NCBI GenBank assembly: GCA_964247055.1
Contig: OZ176052.1
Span: 7,750,001 to 7,814,000 of the forward strand
Reading direction: 5' to 3'
DNA length: 64,000 nt
Origin: Paragordius varius
Lineage: Eukaryota; Animalia; Nematomorpha
Shown here in pieces: positions 1-13,500 of the stretch. Positions within the stretch are counted from its first letter, which is position 1. Each line of letters opens with the position of its first letter. The position numbers and the translations under genes were made by a program. The notes below the pieces were generated by a model. It searched no databases and was not told the DNA's origin. It saw nothing but the letters and a program-made list of their open reading frames with translations.

Positions 1-66
1 TTGTGTTTTTATTATAATTTGTTAATTGATGGAAATGTATTTAAATATATGTTGTGGTATATTTAG

Positions 67-465
67 GGTCTTGAAACAACACGCCGTTTTTTGCTGGAAT
101 GGATGTCTTTTACTCACAGATACATTCCGTTAGGGATTTTAGAAAAGGTTCCATCTACCATTGTTGAAACATATCCATATCACCATAACAACCATACTCA
201 ATTTAATGCGGAATGTATTAAGCTTTTCAATGAGGAAAATGATATTAGGGGACTAGCAAATCATAAGTATATTGGACCTGTAACGATTAATACCAGAACC
301 CCCTTTCGTCACGCTCAATATGGGAGAACGGATCTTGAACAATTGCTTTCAAGTTCTGATTGTAAGGATTGGATAAAAGTTACAGAAATGCTTTTGGGCC
401 CTGTTCCCATTGATTTTAACTTTTTACCAAAGCACAAGTCTAACTCGTATGAAAGCAATGGCTAA
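67..465 (+). CDS. DUS3L: tRNA-dihydrouridine(47) synthase DUS3-like, final coding exon (gene begins upstream of window)
   Basis: AG acceptor at 65-66, then [26 protein letters not shown]...[43 protein letters not shown], matching the recalled DUS3L C-terminus ([19 protein letters not shown]...[25 protein letters not shown]). Confidence 0.93.
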   Translation, partial: GLETTRRFLLEWMSFTHRYIPLGILEKVPSTIVETYPYHHNNHTQFNAECIKLFNEENDIRGLANHKYIGPVTINTRTPFRHAQYGRTDLEQLLSSSDCKDWIKVTEMLLGPVPIDFNFLPKHKSNSYESNG

Positions 466-2001
466 TTCACAAAATTCTCCCTTATTGTAAACACGTTGTG
501 CATATAATAAATTTTTCATTATAATATTTTATGTAGGTTTTTTTGTGATATAAAGTATATAATTAAGATTCACACTTTAAAATTATAGGTAATAAATTAA
601 AAAGAAATTTTTTTAAAATTATACCTAATAAAAACAAAATTATCAGTTAACATTTTGTGGTTAAATGTCAATTGAGAGAAAAAAATTATTAGAAACCTAC
701 ACAATACTAAATTAATTTTTATTTTTAAAATTGGATCAACTTAGATTAATTAAACTTGACGGCTAGTAAAAATATATTGGTTACTTCAGAGGTTTTGTAA
801 TAAACATTACAAAAAATTAACCTATTATTATATCGCAGCCTAAAATTTGAATTTTGCCATAATTATGTAGAAAATGCGTTATAAGAATTTTTGACTGGTA
901 AAGAAAGGAAATTAGCCAATTTACTTTTTCTAATATTAACATTATTTATACGTCAAATTTAAAAACAACCATAGGGTGGCATCCGATCGGTTATGAATAG
1001 AGCCATAAATGCAGGTGACGGTCTTTATCTTATAAATAATTAGCCAAAAACCACCAATATATGTTGATCATGTTTAAAGCTTTATGAAAATAAGGTATAA
1101 AACATCAATAAATTATTTCTTATTAATAAATTTTGCTCTATTAAAACCAATAATTTGAACGGCTAACTACTTAATGGCCAAAACTTGGCAAATTAATAGA
1201 TAATAATAGTAAAATAGGCAATCGGTAAGCATGCATATTAAAAATCTTCTCCACTAAAGGCATGACACCATAATATTCAGTTTTAATTTTAAAATAGAAA
1301 TTTGTGAGGAAATGTAAAAATTTGAATAAAAGTGGGTGTCAAAAACGTTAAGTTACACTCTGACTCTAATTTTTTGAATTATATAACTCAATAGCTGAGA
1401 TGGAGAAACAATAAAGATATGATTTTTTAATCAAACAAAAATTAATTTTTATAAGTTTTAAGGCTTATTAAATATTTTAGTAACCTAATTTAGTTGTTTA
1501 TATTTTTCCATCTTAGGGTAAACGGGTTAATCACATGTTATAATACAAAAAGTTAAATAAATCATTTGCAAAAATTAGTGTTATTAGACAACACGGATAT
1601 TTTATATTATTTTGCAAGCTTTAGCCAATTTTTTTTATAAAGAAAATTCTTCAAAATCGGACAGGTGCCTAAAATCAGTTTTTGGAGTTCATCCACCTTA
1701 TATGCAGCATGGCCCCTAAATTTTTTATCTTTTTCATCGAATTCTGAAAAATGAATTTCCCCATCCAAAATTATTAAAAACAGACTCCAGTTTAAAGTCT
1801 ATGGATATAAATTTGATAATTAAAAAAGTTACTCAATATGTTTTTATTGTATAATATAGCAAAAAAGGAATATCAATGATTTATCAATTAAGAATTAATC
1901 ACATTTATTATAGTCATTTATATGAATCATAGCTTTTGTTATACGTCATCAAACGCTTAACAATCACATTTTATTGCACATCGTTTTTACAATTTTCAAA
2001 A

Positions 2002-2718
2002 ATGGAAAACATACAAAAGAATTACACCCCAAATTACATAAAAAATGCAACTGTAGCGCCAAACATCGTATCCAACCATGTAAACTGGTACGAAGGCTGG
2101 GCAGATAATGAAATTTCTGAACCTCATGACCCCAAAAATAAGGCCTGCTCTCCTTTAGCTTTCCAACAAGACTTTCCCACTACTAGTTTAACCTTGGAAA
2201 ATTTACTGCATGATGGGGAGCCAACTATTAGTAGCGTTGCTCAAACTGGAGATTTAATCAATTTCAGTTTTAAATCAAGTGAAAAATGTGAGAATGTTAG
2301 CCCCTTTTTTAACAATATTTTAACGGACGGTAAATTTCCAGGGGCTGTTCAGGATTCCCAAATATTTGGGAATCCTATAGCATCTGCTTTCATTTCTGGG
2401 CCTTTAATGGGACCAAAGACTATATCCCAAAAAGGGAAACAAAAGAAAATTAAAACTGACAAAAAAACGCCTTTAAATGCAAAAAGAACGGTAGTCGAAA
2501 ATGTGCATCAATATGAACTCCGTTCGCCCCCTAAAATAAATTATTGCGATAGTCGTAAACGTGGATCTATCAAAAAAGGAGCCAAAAAGATTCCAAAAGT
2601 CAAGCCTTTAGCATCTAAAAAGAAATCGTTCACTAAAAAACTCACAAATTATCGGGCAACAAAATCCGCTAAGAAGGGAAAAATCTCAGTTAATATGAAG
2701 TGTCAAAGAAAAAACTAA
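2002..2718 (+). CDS. Single-exon ORF of unknown function (238 aa), Lys-rich basic C-terminal third
   Basis: 717-nt open frame from ATG 2002, visibly more GC-rich than its flanks; tandem AATAAA at ~2850-2863. No family motif recognised. Confidence 0.65.
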   Translation: MENIQKNYTPNYIKNATVAPNIVSNHVNWYEGWADNEISEPHDPKNKACSPLAFQQDFPTTSLTLENLLHDGEPTISSVAQTGDLINFSFKSSEKCENVSPFFNNILTDGKFPGAVQDSQIFGNPIASAFISGPLMGPKTISQKGKQKKIKTDKKTPLNAKRTVVENVHQYELRSPPKINYCDSRKRGSIKKGAKKIPKVKPLASKKKSFTKKLTNYRATKSAKKGKISVNMKCQRKN

Positions 2719-5700
2719 ATAATATTACCATTGTTTTAAAAAAGTGTCAATAGCTATTTTCGCATGCTTTTTCATTGTTTTATGCTATTAATATATGTTT
2801 GTATTTAAATACATATGATATTTACCTGTAGGTTATAATTGTACAAAAAAATAAATAAATAAATGGTTTTGTATTTAGAATTTAAACATTTTATGTACAT
2901 ATATGGTGGCATAGATAAAAAGTTTAATTTATTCATATTTTCCAAAATTTATAGGAGGAAAGAGAAATTATTTGGTTGTAAATGTGTAAATTAAGGAATA
3001 ACTAGAAAAAAATGTATGTGGTCAAGTATAATTTATATTAAATTTTTGCCTAAATTGCAAGAAAAACAAAAAAAAGTTACCTTGACACCCATGTTAATTT
3101 ATTTATGGACCAAAGAATTACCCTTATAACCAATAATGATTCTCTTGACTGCAAAATTGTTTTATTATGCATATTCTTTAGCGTCTACAACAAAAAAATG
3201 TGTTTACTATTTTAAGGTAAAGAAATTTCCAGACATAAGTACCTTTTTAACCTATATATTATTATTCAGCTGTTCTCATACACATTCATGTTAATTAAAT
3301 CCAAAAAATTTTTTTATAAATTATTATTATGAATAAAGTGTTAAAATATGAGAAATTTTTGTGCAAAACTGAAATAGACTTGTAATTTTACAAATTAATT
3401 TTGTATGTTTTATTAATCTTACAGTGCAGTAAAGAGCAATGTTATTGGTTATAAATAGATTAAAATGTAAAAAAAACAAAATTATTACTTTCTAAACATA
3501 TACTTAATTTTTTCATTCACCAAAAAAAGATAACCATAATTAATGATATTTCTCCTTAAAATATTGTGTAATATTGTGAAATAACCCTTCATTAAATAAA
3601 TCATTAAAATATTTTAAATAGGTAATATCGGAACGGGAATCGTATATAAATACTTTATAAAACAGAGAATACGAAATCTTAATTCCGCTATAACTGTCTC
3701 AAATTAGAGAGACCAATAATTTTTGAGCATTAGTCAAAATAGATATATGACTTAATAAATAAGTATATCTCAAGGAATAATTCAGATATGTTTATTCATA
3801 CTAAGACATACTTTTTAATCCCCAGATAATCAATTCTATCAAAAGTAACTTTATAATTGGACTTAAAATTAAGTGACTTTTTACAACATTTATATATTAT
3901 CTGTAGGTTCAATTATCTCTGATAATTTATGACAATATTATATCAAAAGGAAATCCACACACATTGGAATCCAAATATACTTTGCAAATATTTGATTTAA
4001 AAAAGATTTAGGATTTAAGAAATTTGACCTTTTAAAAATATTAAAAAATATTATAAATAATAAGAATTAGCCTTAAAAAACTGTAAAAAAACTAAAAGTA
4101 TTAATCTAAAAATACAAAACAAAAATTTATGACTTTTTTATCTAATTCACACAAAAAAGTGTTGGTGATATTTTTATATTTTTCATCATATTAAAAATTC
4201 TATGCTAGTTGCCTTTTTCTTATTATTATAATTATAATTTTTTATAAGAAAAGTATTTTATCCATGATAATAATGTCACTATTAAATTATCGGCACAATT
4301 TTTAAGAATTGTTAAGCTCTATTAATCCCTGTTATAAAATTTATTTATTCTCTGTCAAATTCTATCACATCAGTTTTTTTACAAAATATATATCGAATAA
4401 AAAATTTAATATTTGATTTTCGTCATTTATTATTCAAAATTTAGCCAAGGTATTTACATTTTGATATTTTCAAGTTTTTATAAGTTATTTATAAAAAAAG
4501 AACAATATTGAAACCAGTATTTAGATTTATTTTATTTAAACTTGTGGTTAAAAAAATTTTTTATATTAAACACCTTCAATGGTTATTTAGCGTTCACTGA
4601 TTTTTTGGAAATTTGCTTTTATTTTTTATATAAATTTTTATCACCTTAGAGAGAGCTCTCCCCTCCCTTCTTTAATAATAATTGTGGGGAAAATAATTCT
4701 TTTTTGAGAAAAAATAAAATTGGATTAAATTCAAATTAATCTTCGTATAATTTCATATTTTTTGACAAGTGAATTTAAGTAAAATGTAAATCAATTTTAA
4801 TTTCCATTATTTTTGGCTCATAACCCAAAATACCAAAATGTTGACGTGTAATCAATCTTAAAAGGAAATTTAAGAAGGACTTATTTAGCCTTTTTATCTA
4901 CCTAAGGTTAAACCTCTAGACACAATTTATAATTTTTATAAACTTTTATTTATATACTCACTCAGTCGATAGGTATTTAAAGCATTTTTATATCAAATAG
5001 ACTAATTTTAATATGTTATCATAATATAATTTACCTGCAAATTACACGCTCAATCAGAGTTCATATTTGGTTTTTTTCATTATAATTTGTAAAATAAAAA
5101 AACCTTATCGTTAGGTTAGCTAGCTTAGTACACAAAAATAAAGACTAATTGATTAGTTTACGTGTTTTACAATATATATCTACCTATAGTATATATCATT
5201 TTTTATTTAATCTTATTGTTATCCAACAAAATCTTATTAGAAACATGAACGCGTTTGTCAAATATACTTTTCATTGGGGAAATGATTAGACATTTTTGGG
5301 ATTTAATTATAATGTATCCCAGTATTAAAATATTGTTAAATCTCACCTCGCATTACTATATATTAATGATTTTGGATAATGAAATGGTTAAGAAGCAGCA
5401 TCATATTGTGTTTATCAATAACAGAAAAAATTCGAAATATTTAACATATTTTTAATAATAATATAGTTAAAGTATGCATAATCGTGAAAACAAGTGTTTG
5501 TATTCTGTTTGTTTCTTACTAAATATCATTCTATAATTTCCTATCCTTTCGAAAAATCAAGGTAAACCAAAATATATTAATTACAATCAAAGATATTAAA
5601 AAATATATTTTAATAGCGTCGTCATATTTTTTATTAACTAATTATCCGTCCGTATATTATATGCTATGTATATGTTTGGCAATGATGAATTACCTCAACA

Positions 5701-7900
5701 TTTGATTCTAATTTTTATCTTGAAATTTTGAATCCGGTTAATTGGTAATGTTATTGATATTGCGACAGTGTTTTGATGACAATAAATATAAATGTATATA
5801 TGAAATAATTTTTTTTAAATTTTAAATTTTTAAAAAGCTATAAAGATTACAAGCAATAATGACATTTTAAGGGTTTTGGGTTTAGTTCTGCCTCTTTTTT
5901 AAAAAATTATAATAAAATAAAACCAGCTTCTGCAGTTTTGGCTGGAAAACCAATTTTATAAAATATTTCAAAGTAATGCAATTGAAATATCATTGGAATT
6001 GGTACAGGATATTTTATTAAAACTTTGCGACATATTATTTCTTACGAAAAAATTGAATACAAATTTGCTTGTTCTTTCCTTTATTATTATCAACCCAGGA
6101 CGCGGGTGCCATTCAAGTTTTAAACTACAGTTTTAAATACTAATATTTTACGCATTTCATTAGTGATTTAATCCCAAATGATAAATTTCAAATCATTTTT
6201 TCTAAATCTATATTACTGACTGAAATTTTAAATAATAAATATGCCAAATTATGTAGAAAATAGTAATGAATCTCTAAATCGGCAAATCAAAATTGTAGTA
6301 TTTTAAAAAAAGAGAATAATATTTTTGGTTTTTAACTTAAAAATTGGCTAGGAAACGTAAATAGATTCAATTGGTTGTATTCTACTTAAAGTCCATCATT
6401 TAATATCCATAAACCAAATTTTGATTTTCTCAAATCAACGGGCTGTCAGGCAATTACTTTCTAATTTATTCTCATTATATTTTGCGCAAATTGTAGCTAT
6501 TATAATGGAATCTGTTTCGTTTTTGTTTATCAATTTTTATTTAAATATGAATATTAAAAAAATATGTAACAATCCAAATTTTTTTAAAGCTGCGAAAGTA
6601 AATTTTTATTTGGAAATATATATTAATCCAGGTAAAAAGCGGAGCTTGCTTAAATTATATAGCCGATTCGACATACAAGAAATCGGAAATCGGTTTTAAA
6701 TAAGAATTTCTATAATATTTATTTTGACTCTTAAAACAGATAGTAGGATTAATAAATTGTTAGTATATAAAACACTTGGGAATTAATTACAACAAACGCC
6801 GAATATTCCATTGATAATAAATTTATTACGTGGTTGACTTTTTTGGAGGCAAGGTGTCATCATTTATGAGTGAACTTTATAAATAACTACTTTTTTATCT
6901 TTACTGTCAAAATTTTTTTTATACATTTTTAACTCACCATATCCTGTTTCATATAGTTTATAGTTTCAAAAACTAACCGTATTTAATCATAAAATACCCA
7001 AATTGTGTTTAGTAACACATTTTTATGACTATTATGTATAATTAAAAAAATATCTCTCTATCTACCCAACATGAATGAGTTTACAAAATGTTCATAAAAT
7101 ATACTATAAATTAATTAATTATCCAAAATAAATTCCAACGTAAACCGTTAGATTTTACAAAGAGCCAAAGTTTATGGAAATTTTTAAAGTACCTTTTGCC
7201 GTTGAAAAAAAGAGTTAAATTTACCTTAATAGCACCAGACAATAAAAGCTAACTCATTTTAATAAGCCCCCCTGTGTTATATGGAATTTTATTTGTCTAA
7301 CTCTACAATAATAGTAGGAAGTTTGATTTTATACCCCCATTTAAATGTTATGTATGGTTATATGCTAGCAATTTAGTATTAGATTGGTGTTATTTTATTT
7401 TGCCTAGAATATTTTTACAAATACTTGAAATGTTTAGCATTAATATTAAATTTATTATATATTTTGGTAATTAAGCTTTTTTTTATTTTATTTTATTATA
7501 ATAATGTAATATTATAATTAAGGAGTTCCGTTGATAAATTTTTGACAAAAATACACTCCAGAGGTTGGTTTTGGGAAATAATTTGTGCTTATTTTTTAAT
7601 TTCCAATTTTTGCCTGTAAGATAATATATTTTATGAAATCTGAAAAAAACTATCCACTTTTTTATACCTAGTCGTGAAAAATATTTTTGATTCGAACTTT
7701 TAAAGAAGTACTTACAAACAATAAATTTTGGTTGAGATACGATATGTTTTTAGATACCACTTTAGAGCAAAATTGATATAGATGTAAATCATTTCATGTA
7801 GTAAATATATGAGGCTTTTAACATATATAAATTTATTTATTGGGATTTTTGTTTTAGTTTGCAGAACTTTATATGGAAATCGCAACCTAAATATTAACAA

Positions 7901-8216
7901 ATGCATCCGAAATTTTCATACAACTTTTTTACCTATAAATCTCTACTAAAAATCATAATATTTATTCTGGCAACATTCACCAAAGATGAATTAATCATCA
8001 ATTGTTCAGACCTTTCAGTCAACAATAAATCTGAATCAAATTTTCTCCAATTCCAACCTGTGTGCCGTTTTAATCGATTAACTAAATTTTCTTCCAATTT
8101 CGATCATTGTCCTCGCCCTCTAATTACAAAATGCGATGAAAATCACACTCTCAATTACAATGGGATGACTTGTTGTCCTGACTGTATTGAACAAAATGCC
8201 GAGTACCTTTTTATTT

Positions 8217-8250
<34 letters not shown>

Positions 8251-10479
8251 ATATGGCATCAATAGAGTCAAATATGATTGGAAGGTATATTATTAAAATG
8301 TTGGAGTAACTACACATCTGAATAGAGTATTGTCCGTTACATTTTAATTTTACTATTTTTGGTTAAAGGTGGTGAAAGGACCTTTAGTATCGACACGTCT
8401 ATAGTGCAAGTTTGTTTGGAGTTTTTAGCGAAAATTCATAAATTATTGATTATTTAAAGCAAATACAGTTTGGAAGGGAAGTGGTAATTATCGCTAATAA
8501 CTAAAGGGCGTAAGGGGTGGGCAAAGTAAGTGCGAATCAAGATTTTAAAAAATAAATGGTAAAAAAAACTTTCTAATTACTTGTAGCAACAAGCCGTTTT
8601 CTTAATGAAGCGATGGAAACTTTTCAAGTTAGTTAATTATGAAATATTTTTAGATTCTTAAAAAATAGCAGCATATTAACATTGGTAGAGACAGCTATCA
8701 TATACAAGAAAATTTTTTATGCTATTCACAATTTTGAAAAACGTAAAACGACTTGATGGTGCGATCCCATCAAAAAAACATTGAGAAAGATTTTTGTCAA
8801 AAAATTAACTGATGATATTATATTTCCTTGATGCAAAAAATCATTAAAAAGATTGTATTAACCAAAAAACCCATTCTTCCATTAGCGTACATTTTTATTA
8901 TGCATCAATTGTGTTAATAATTTTTCTATATTTTATAAATATATTGAAAATTTAAGCTTTACTCCGTATTTTAATATTTTAGCTACAACACTGATCATCA
9001 GCTGTTTGGCACATTTAATATGACGTTTGACCCCCAATTTTTTCGAATTTTAAAAGCAACCGAATCTAATTTTTTAATAGTAAATTTAAGTCAATTTTAA
9101 TGTGTTTCATTTTTATATATGTAAATAAGATTAAATTATTTCCGTAAAAATAATATAAAATTTATTTTAAACACCTTTGTATCAAAACTTGACACATATA
9201 CAAATAAGCAAAAAAACTCTAAAATGGAGATAAGATATTTAGCTCATGACACCTTCTTACCAAATTTTGAAAAGCATTATTAACCTTTAAATAATTGCTA
9301 ATGCAGAAAACCAAGGACCAACGGGAAACAGTTCTTGGATACCTTGAGTTAGATCCAGATCTATTTCTAAAAAAAATTTTTGGGACAGTTTTAAATATTG
9401 AACCGTTACTTATGGAATTTAAGACTTATTGTAAAGTTTAGTTCCATAGTGTTTCACATTTTAAAGCCTTAATGTGACAGGACATTACGATAATAATCCA
9501 GCAGATGGCAGAAAATTTTATAAGGTGCATAGCTAATTAAACATCATTTGAGTTTACGTTAAAACCCTAAATTGTTGTATATAGAGGTGAAAACTTAAAT
9601 GCAGTTTTATTATCATGTACGTTTTTTAGATTAACATACTGGTTTTTAATATTTAGGCTTAGCTTTGAAAAATATTAGCACAATAATTATTATGATTATT
9701 TATAATTTAATTATTAAGGAATTCAATCTAAATTTTAAGTTTAGTTAATGCTATTTTTTTCAGGTATCTTATATCAAATTGTTTTCGGAATATCGATTTT
9801 GAAGGGGTTTCTACGATTAGATTTAGATTAGTAAGGAAATATTGTTTTGCAAAGGATTGATTCTGAATACATTATAAATACGGGAAATTCAAACCTGAGT
9901 TGTCTATAATCTCTTAATATCTCTAGAAAACGGATATTTATTTAAATAAAATAAGAAACTAACCTTGGGCAAAAAACGGCTATTTTACCACAAATTTTAT
10001 AATCAAACATTTTTAAGCTAAATATATTTGGGTAATGTGAAGCTAGATGTTTTTATTATGTGTTATTAGTAACTTCTAATCATTTATTTTTAGAGAATGC
10101 CAAGTTAAATTCGTAAGTATTCATCAAAATGAACTGGGTTTCGTAATAGAAAAAAGATGTAAATTTCAAAATGAGGTAAGAAATAACGAAATAAACAATG
10201 AAGGATTAATATGTGTGGTAGAATTCAAACCTCAACAAATTCCGGCTATTCATAACGTGGGAAAATGCTTCAAACCATGTAATTATATCATAAATATATT
10301 TTAAAATATATTTGATAGAAGACAAAACAAAATTTCAAAAAGCATATAAAATATTTTGACAATAAAAATTTTGATTTTACAACAATTATTTTTTTGGCGT
10401 AAATAAAGGATAACGGGCTGAATCCCAACATCAATTTTTTTTAACTACTTTAAATTTTTGTTTTAACTTAACAAATTTG

Positions 10480-10518
<39 letters not shown>

Positions 10519-13500
10519 TCAATAGTACTTTTATGATAACTTTTTAAAATAGCTGAGTTAATGAAACTATTCGATTCTCAAGCTTGCAATAATAAACGCC
10601 AACGAATTAGCATATATGGTTGTAACATTGATTTACAGGAAAATAGCATACAAAAATATATATGCCGATGCCACAATGTTACGTTGTGTCAGGAAACAGA
10701 CATTCATAACTCTAATCTCCATCCTATAAATCAATTTAAAACGTTACATGAATGCCAAATTTTTTTGGGTCAAATGCAAAATTACCGATATATAGATGAC
10801 AATACAAACAATATTTATGCCCATTATGGGAATCCATTGCGGCATATTAATCAAGGTTAGCTCCTATCAAACTTTTTTAATTTCTTTTTAAATATATATA
10901 TATATATATATTTAAAATAAACACTTTTAGAGTAGATTTTTTTCTATAGCGTTGATTTTGATGGTGTAATACCTTGATAAAAGTTTCATTGATGCAGGCT
11001 TAATAGTTAAAATTATAGATAACTAGTATTGTGATATAAAGTAAGAATTCATCTTAATAGTGTTTGGACTCTATAAGATATTGGATTAGTAAAATTATTT
11101 TCACGTCTGTGTTTAATTTCAAAACTTGTCAAAAATTGCAACTTACGCTGGCAACAAAAAAAATCTGACAAATTTATATCGTTATTACTACATTTTTATC
11201 TTGGTGTCAAGCCAGAATCACGTGAAACGAGGATTTGATATTTGAAAACCGGCCCGATGTGATTCACACCGGTTCCATTTTTATATTTTGATAATCCAAA
11301 ATATCGTCCTCATAACTATTTTGCCAAAAAAAGATATAATAGTTCTACAAAATGGTAAAAATTTAACAACAAAGACCATTTTAATAATAATAATTAAAAC
11401 AAAATCGCTACGCAATTTTTTAAAAATATTATAATTTAAACTTTTACTCCTTTATTTCGTATGGTAAAATTTAAATATGAGGCAAATAAAAAATTTAATT
11501 GGCACGATTCCATTCCTTCGTCTATCAAAATTTTGATGGCCCCACCAGTGTTGAAAGTTTAGTTAGCATTTTTAACATGGTTCGAAGCCCTGTTATATAA
11601 TATATAAACAAGATTTAGCATAAATTAATTAAAATGTCAAAAAAATAAAAATTATTTTTTATAAAAAATAAAATAACATCAATTATGCAAATTTTAGGGC
11701 CATATTTCAAAATTTTTGTAGTTTATCCATTTATATTATGAAATTTATAAAAAATATTTTTTATAATAATTTCATTTTTTATGAAAACTTGTTAAAAATT
11801 CGCACATAATTCAAAATATTTTTTTGATGAAGATAGGAGACACAATTAAAAAAAACAATTTATAAAATTCTAAATTATAATATTTTGTGGCATTAGTCTA
11901 AACAGTATGCATTTTGATGGTTTCTTATTTCACACTATAGTAGGGGGCAATTCGCGACACAGGAATGTATTGAAAAAACAACAAAATGTTGAATAAACAA
12001 TTATTTTCTTTCTTTTTTCCATACACTCCAGTGTTGGAAATTGCCCTACTATAGTGTGAATAAGCAACCATTAAAATGCATACTGTAATTATTATTTAAT
12101 ATTTTACATTTATGGTTTTATTTATTTAAGATTCTTTTACTACTCTTACCTAACCCTGACAAAATTTTGGCATCTATTTTCAAAAAAATATCAAAGTAAC
12201 ATATGAGTGAGTAAATATGTCAAACATGTTTGACATTTATTTATGGATAAAACCACAAACTCATAAAAATAAATCATTTTTATTATTTAATATAATTTGG
12301 ATTTATTTTAAAAGAGATGTGTTTTATACTGTAGACGACGGGGTTTGCATCAACTTATCTTTCACACCATGCTGTGTGCGTAGCGTAATTGATAATATTT
12401 TACATGTCAGAAATGTGTATAATATAATTTTTGCATAAATTAAAATTGTGGGACACATCTCAAAAAAATAAGAAAAGGAAAAAATTCTACCTAAAAAAAT
12501 GACGATGATAATAAATCAATTAAGAAGTTGAGGGCATATTTTGAATATCTAAGAATCATCCAAAATATATTTGATTTATTTAAAATTTTCTCAACCTTAA
12601 TAATTTATGTTTGACTTGTTTTTATTATTAAGTAAAAAACACGAAGAAAATAGGTGTTAAAGGTTTTTCAGACGCCAGCACGATGGTTAATTTATGTCTC
12701 TTGCAGAGTTGGACAAAAACTAAGCAACTAAATACTACGTCTTACAAATTGAATTAATTTTTTATTAAAAATAAATGGGTAGGTGGGGGCATAGGTTTGT
12801 GGTATATCAATACTATAAAAGTAGTATAAGTTGAGAAATTTTAAGAAAACGAAAAGAGCTTCCTATGTACACCGAGAAATATTTTTACTTAAAATTTATA
12901 ATTAATATTTAATTATCATAATTTTATATACAGTAGCGTATGGTATAAAATAGTTGGTCCTAAAATTAAATGAACAAAATTATTGTTAAAGTAGAGGGGA
13001 ATACGTTTAATATCAACCATTTTTTGTTTTTTTAACACAAAATACTGTAATACTATATATATATATATATATATATTAGTTTGACCTGAGATTATTTATG
13101 TTTACAAGGCCCCAAAATTTATTATATTTAAATAAATTTTTTTGATCTGTTTTATATAGGTAACCAAAATTATATGAAACTTTTTAATTGATTTGTACCA
13201 TTTCAAACAGAAAATAAGAGAGCATTAAATATTGTTGATGATAAAACATGTCCCACCGATTCCACATATGCCTATGTTGCGAATAAAAAATCATTCATGT
13301 GCCAATGTAATATGTCCCGATGTCCAGAACGGAATACGGCTTGTGATACCAAGCCTCGTAAAAATTATCAAATTATTGAGCTAAAACCTGCAAATCCGGA
13401 CCGACCTGGAAAATGTTGTCCCATATACGAATGCTTATACGAAAAGAATGGTGATGAAAAGTTGTCATCAAACAATGATGATACCACTTCATCGAGTGTG

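Noticed and set aside
5255-6699. Short ORFs 5255-5455 and 6421-6699, and similar 60-110 aa F/I/K/N/Y-rich ORFs throughout
   Set aside because: AT-biased composition, no motifs, no compatible splice structure; expected by chance.
8184-8185. Alternative CRIM1 exon 1 donor (GTATTG) joining directly to 10553
   Set aside because: A missed exon at 10094-10278 supplies the rest of the IGFBP-like domain and fits the 8203 donor and 10553 acceptor phases.
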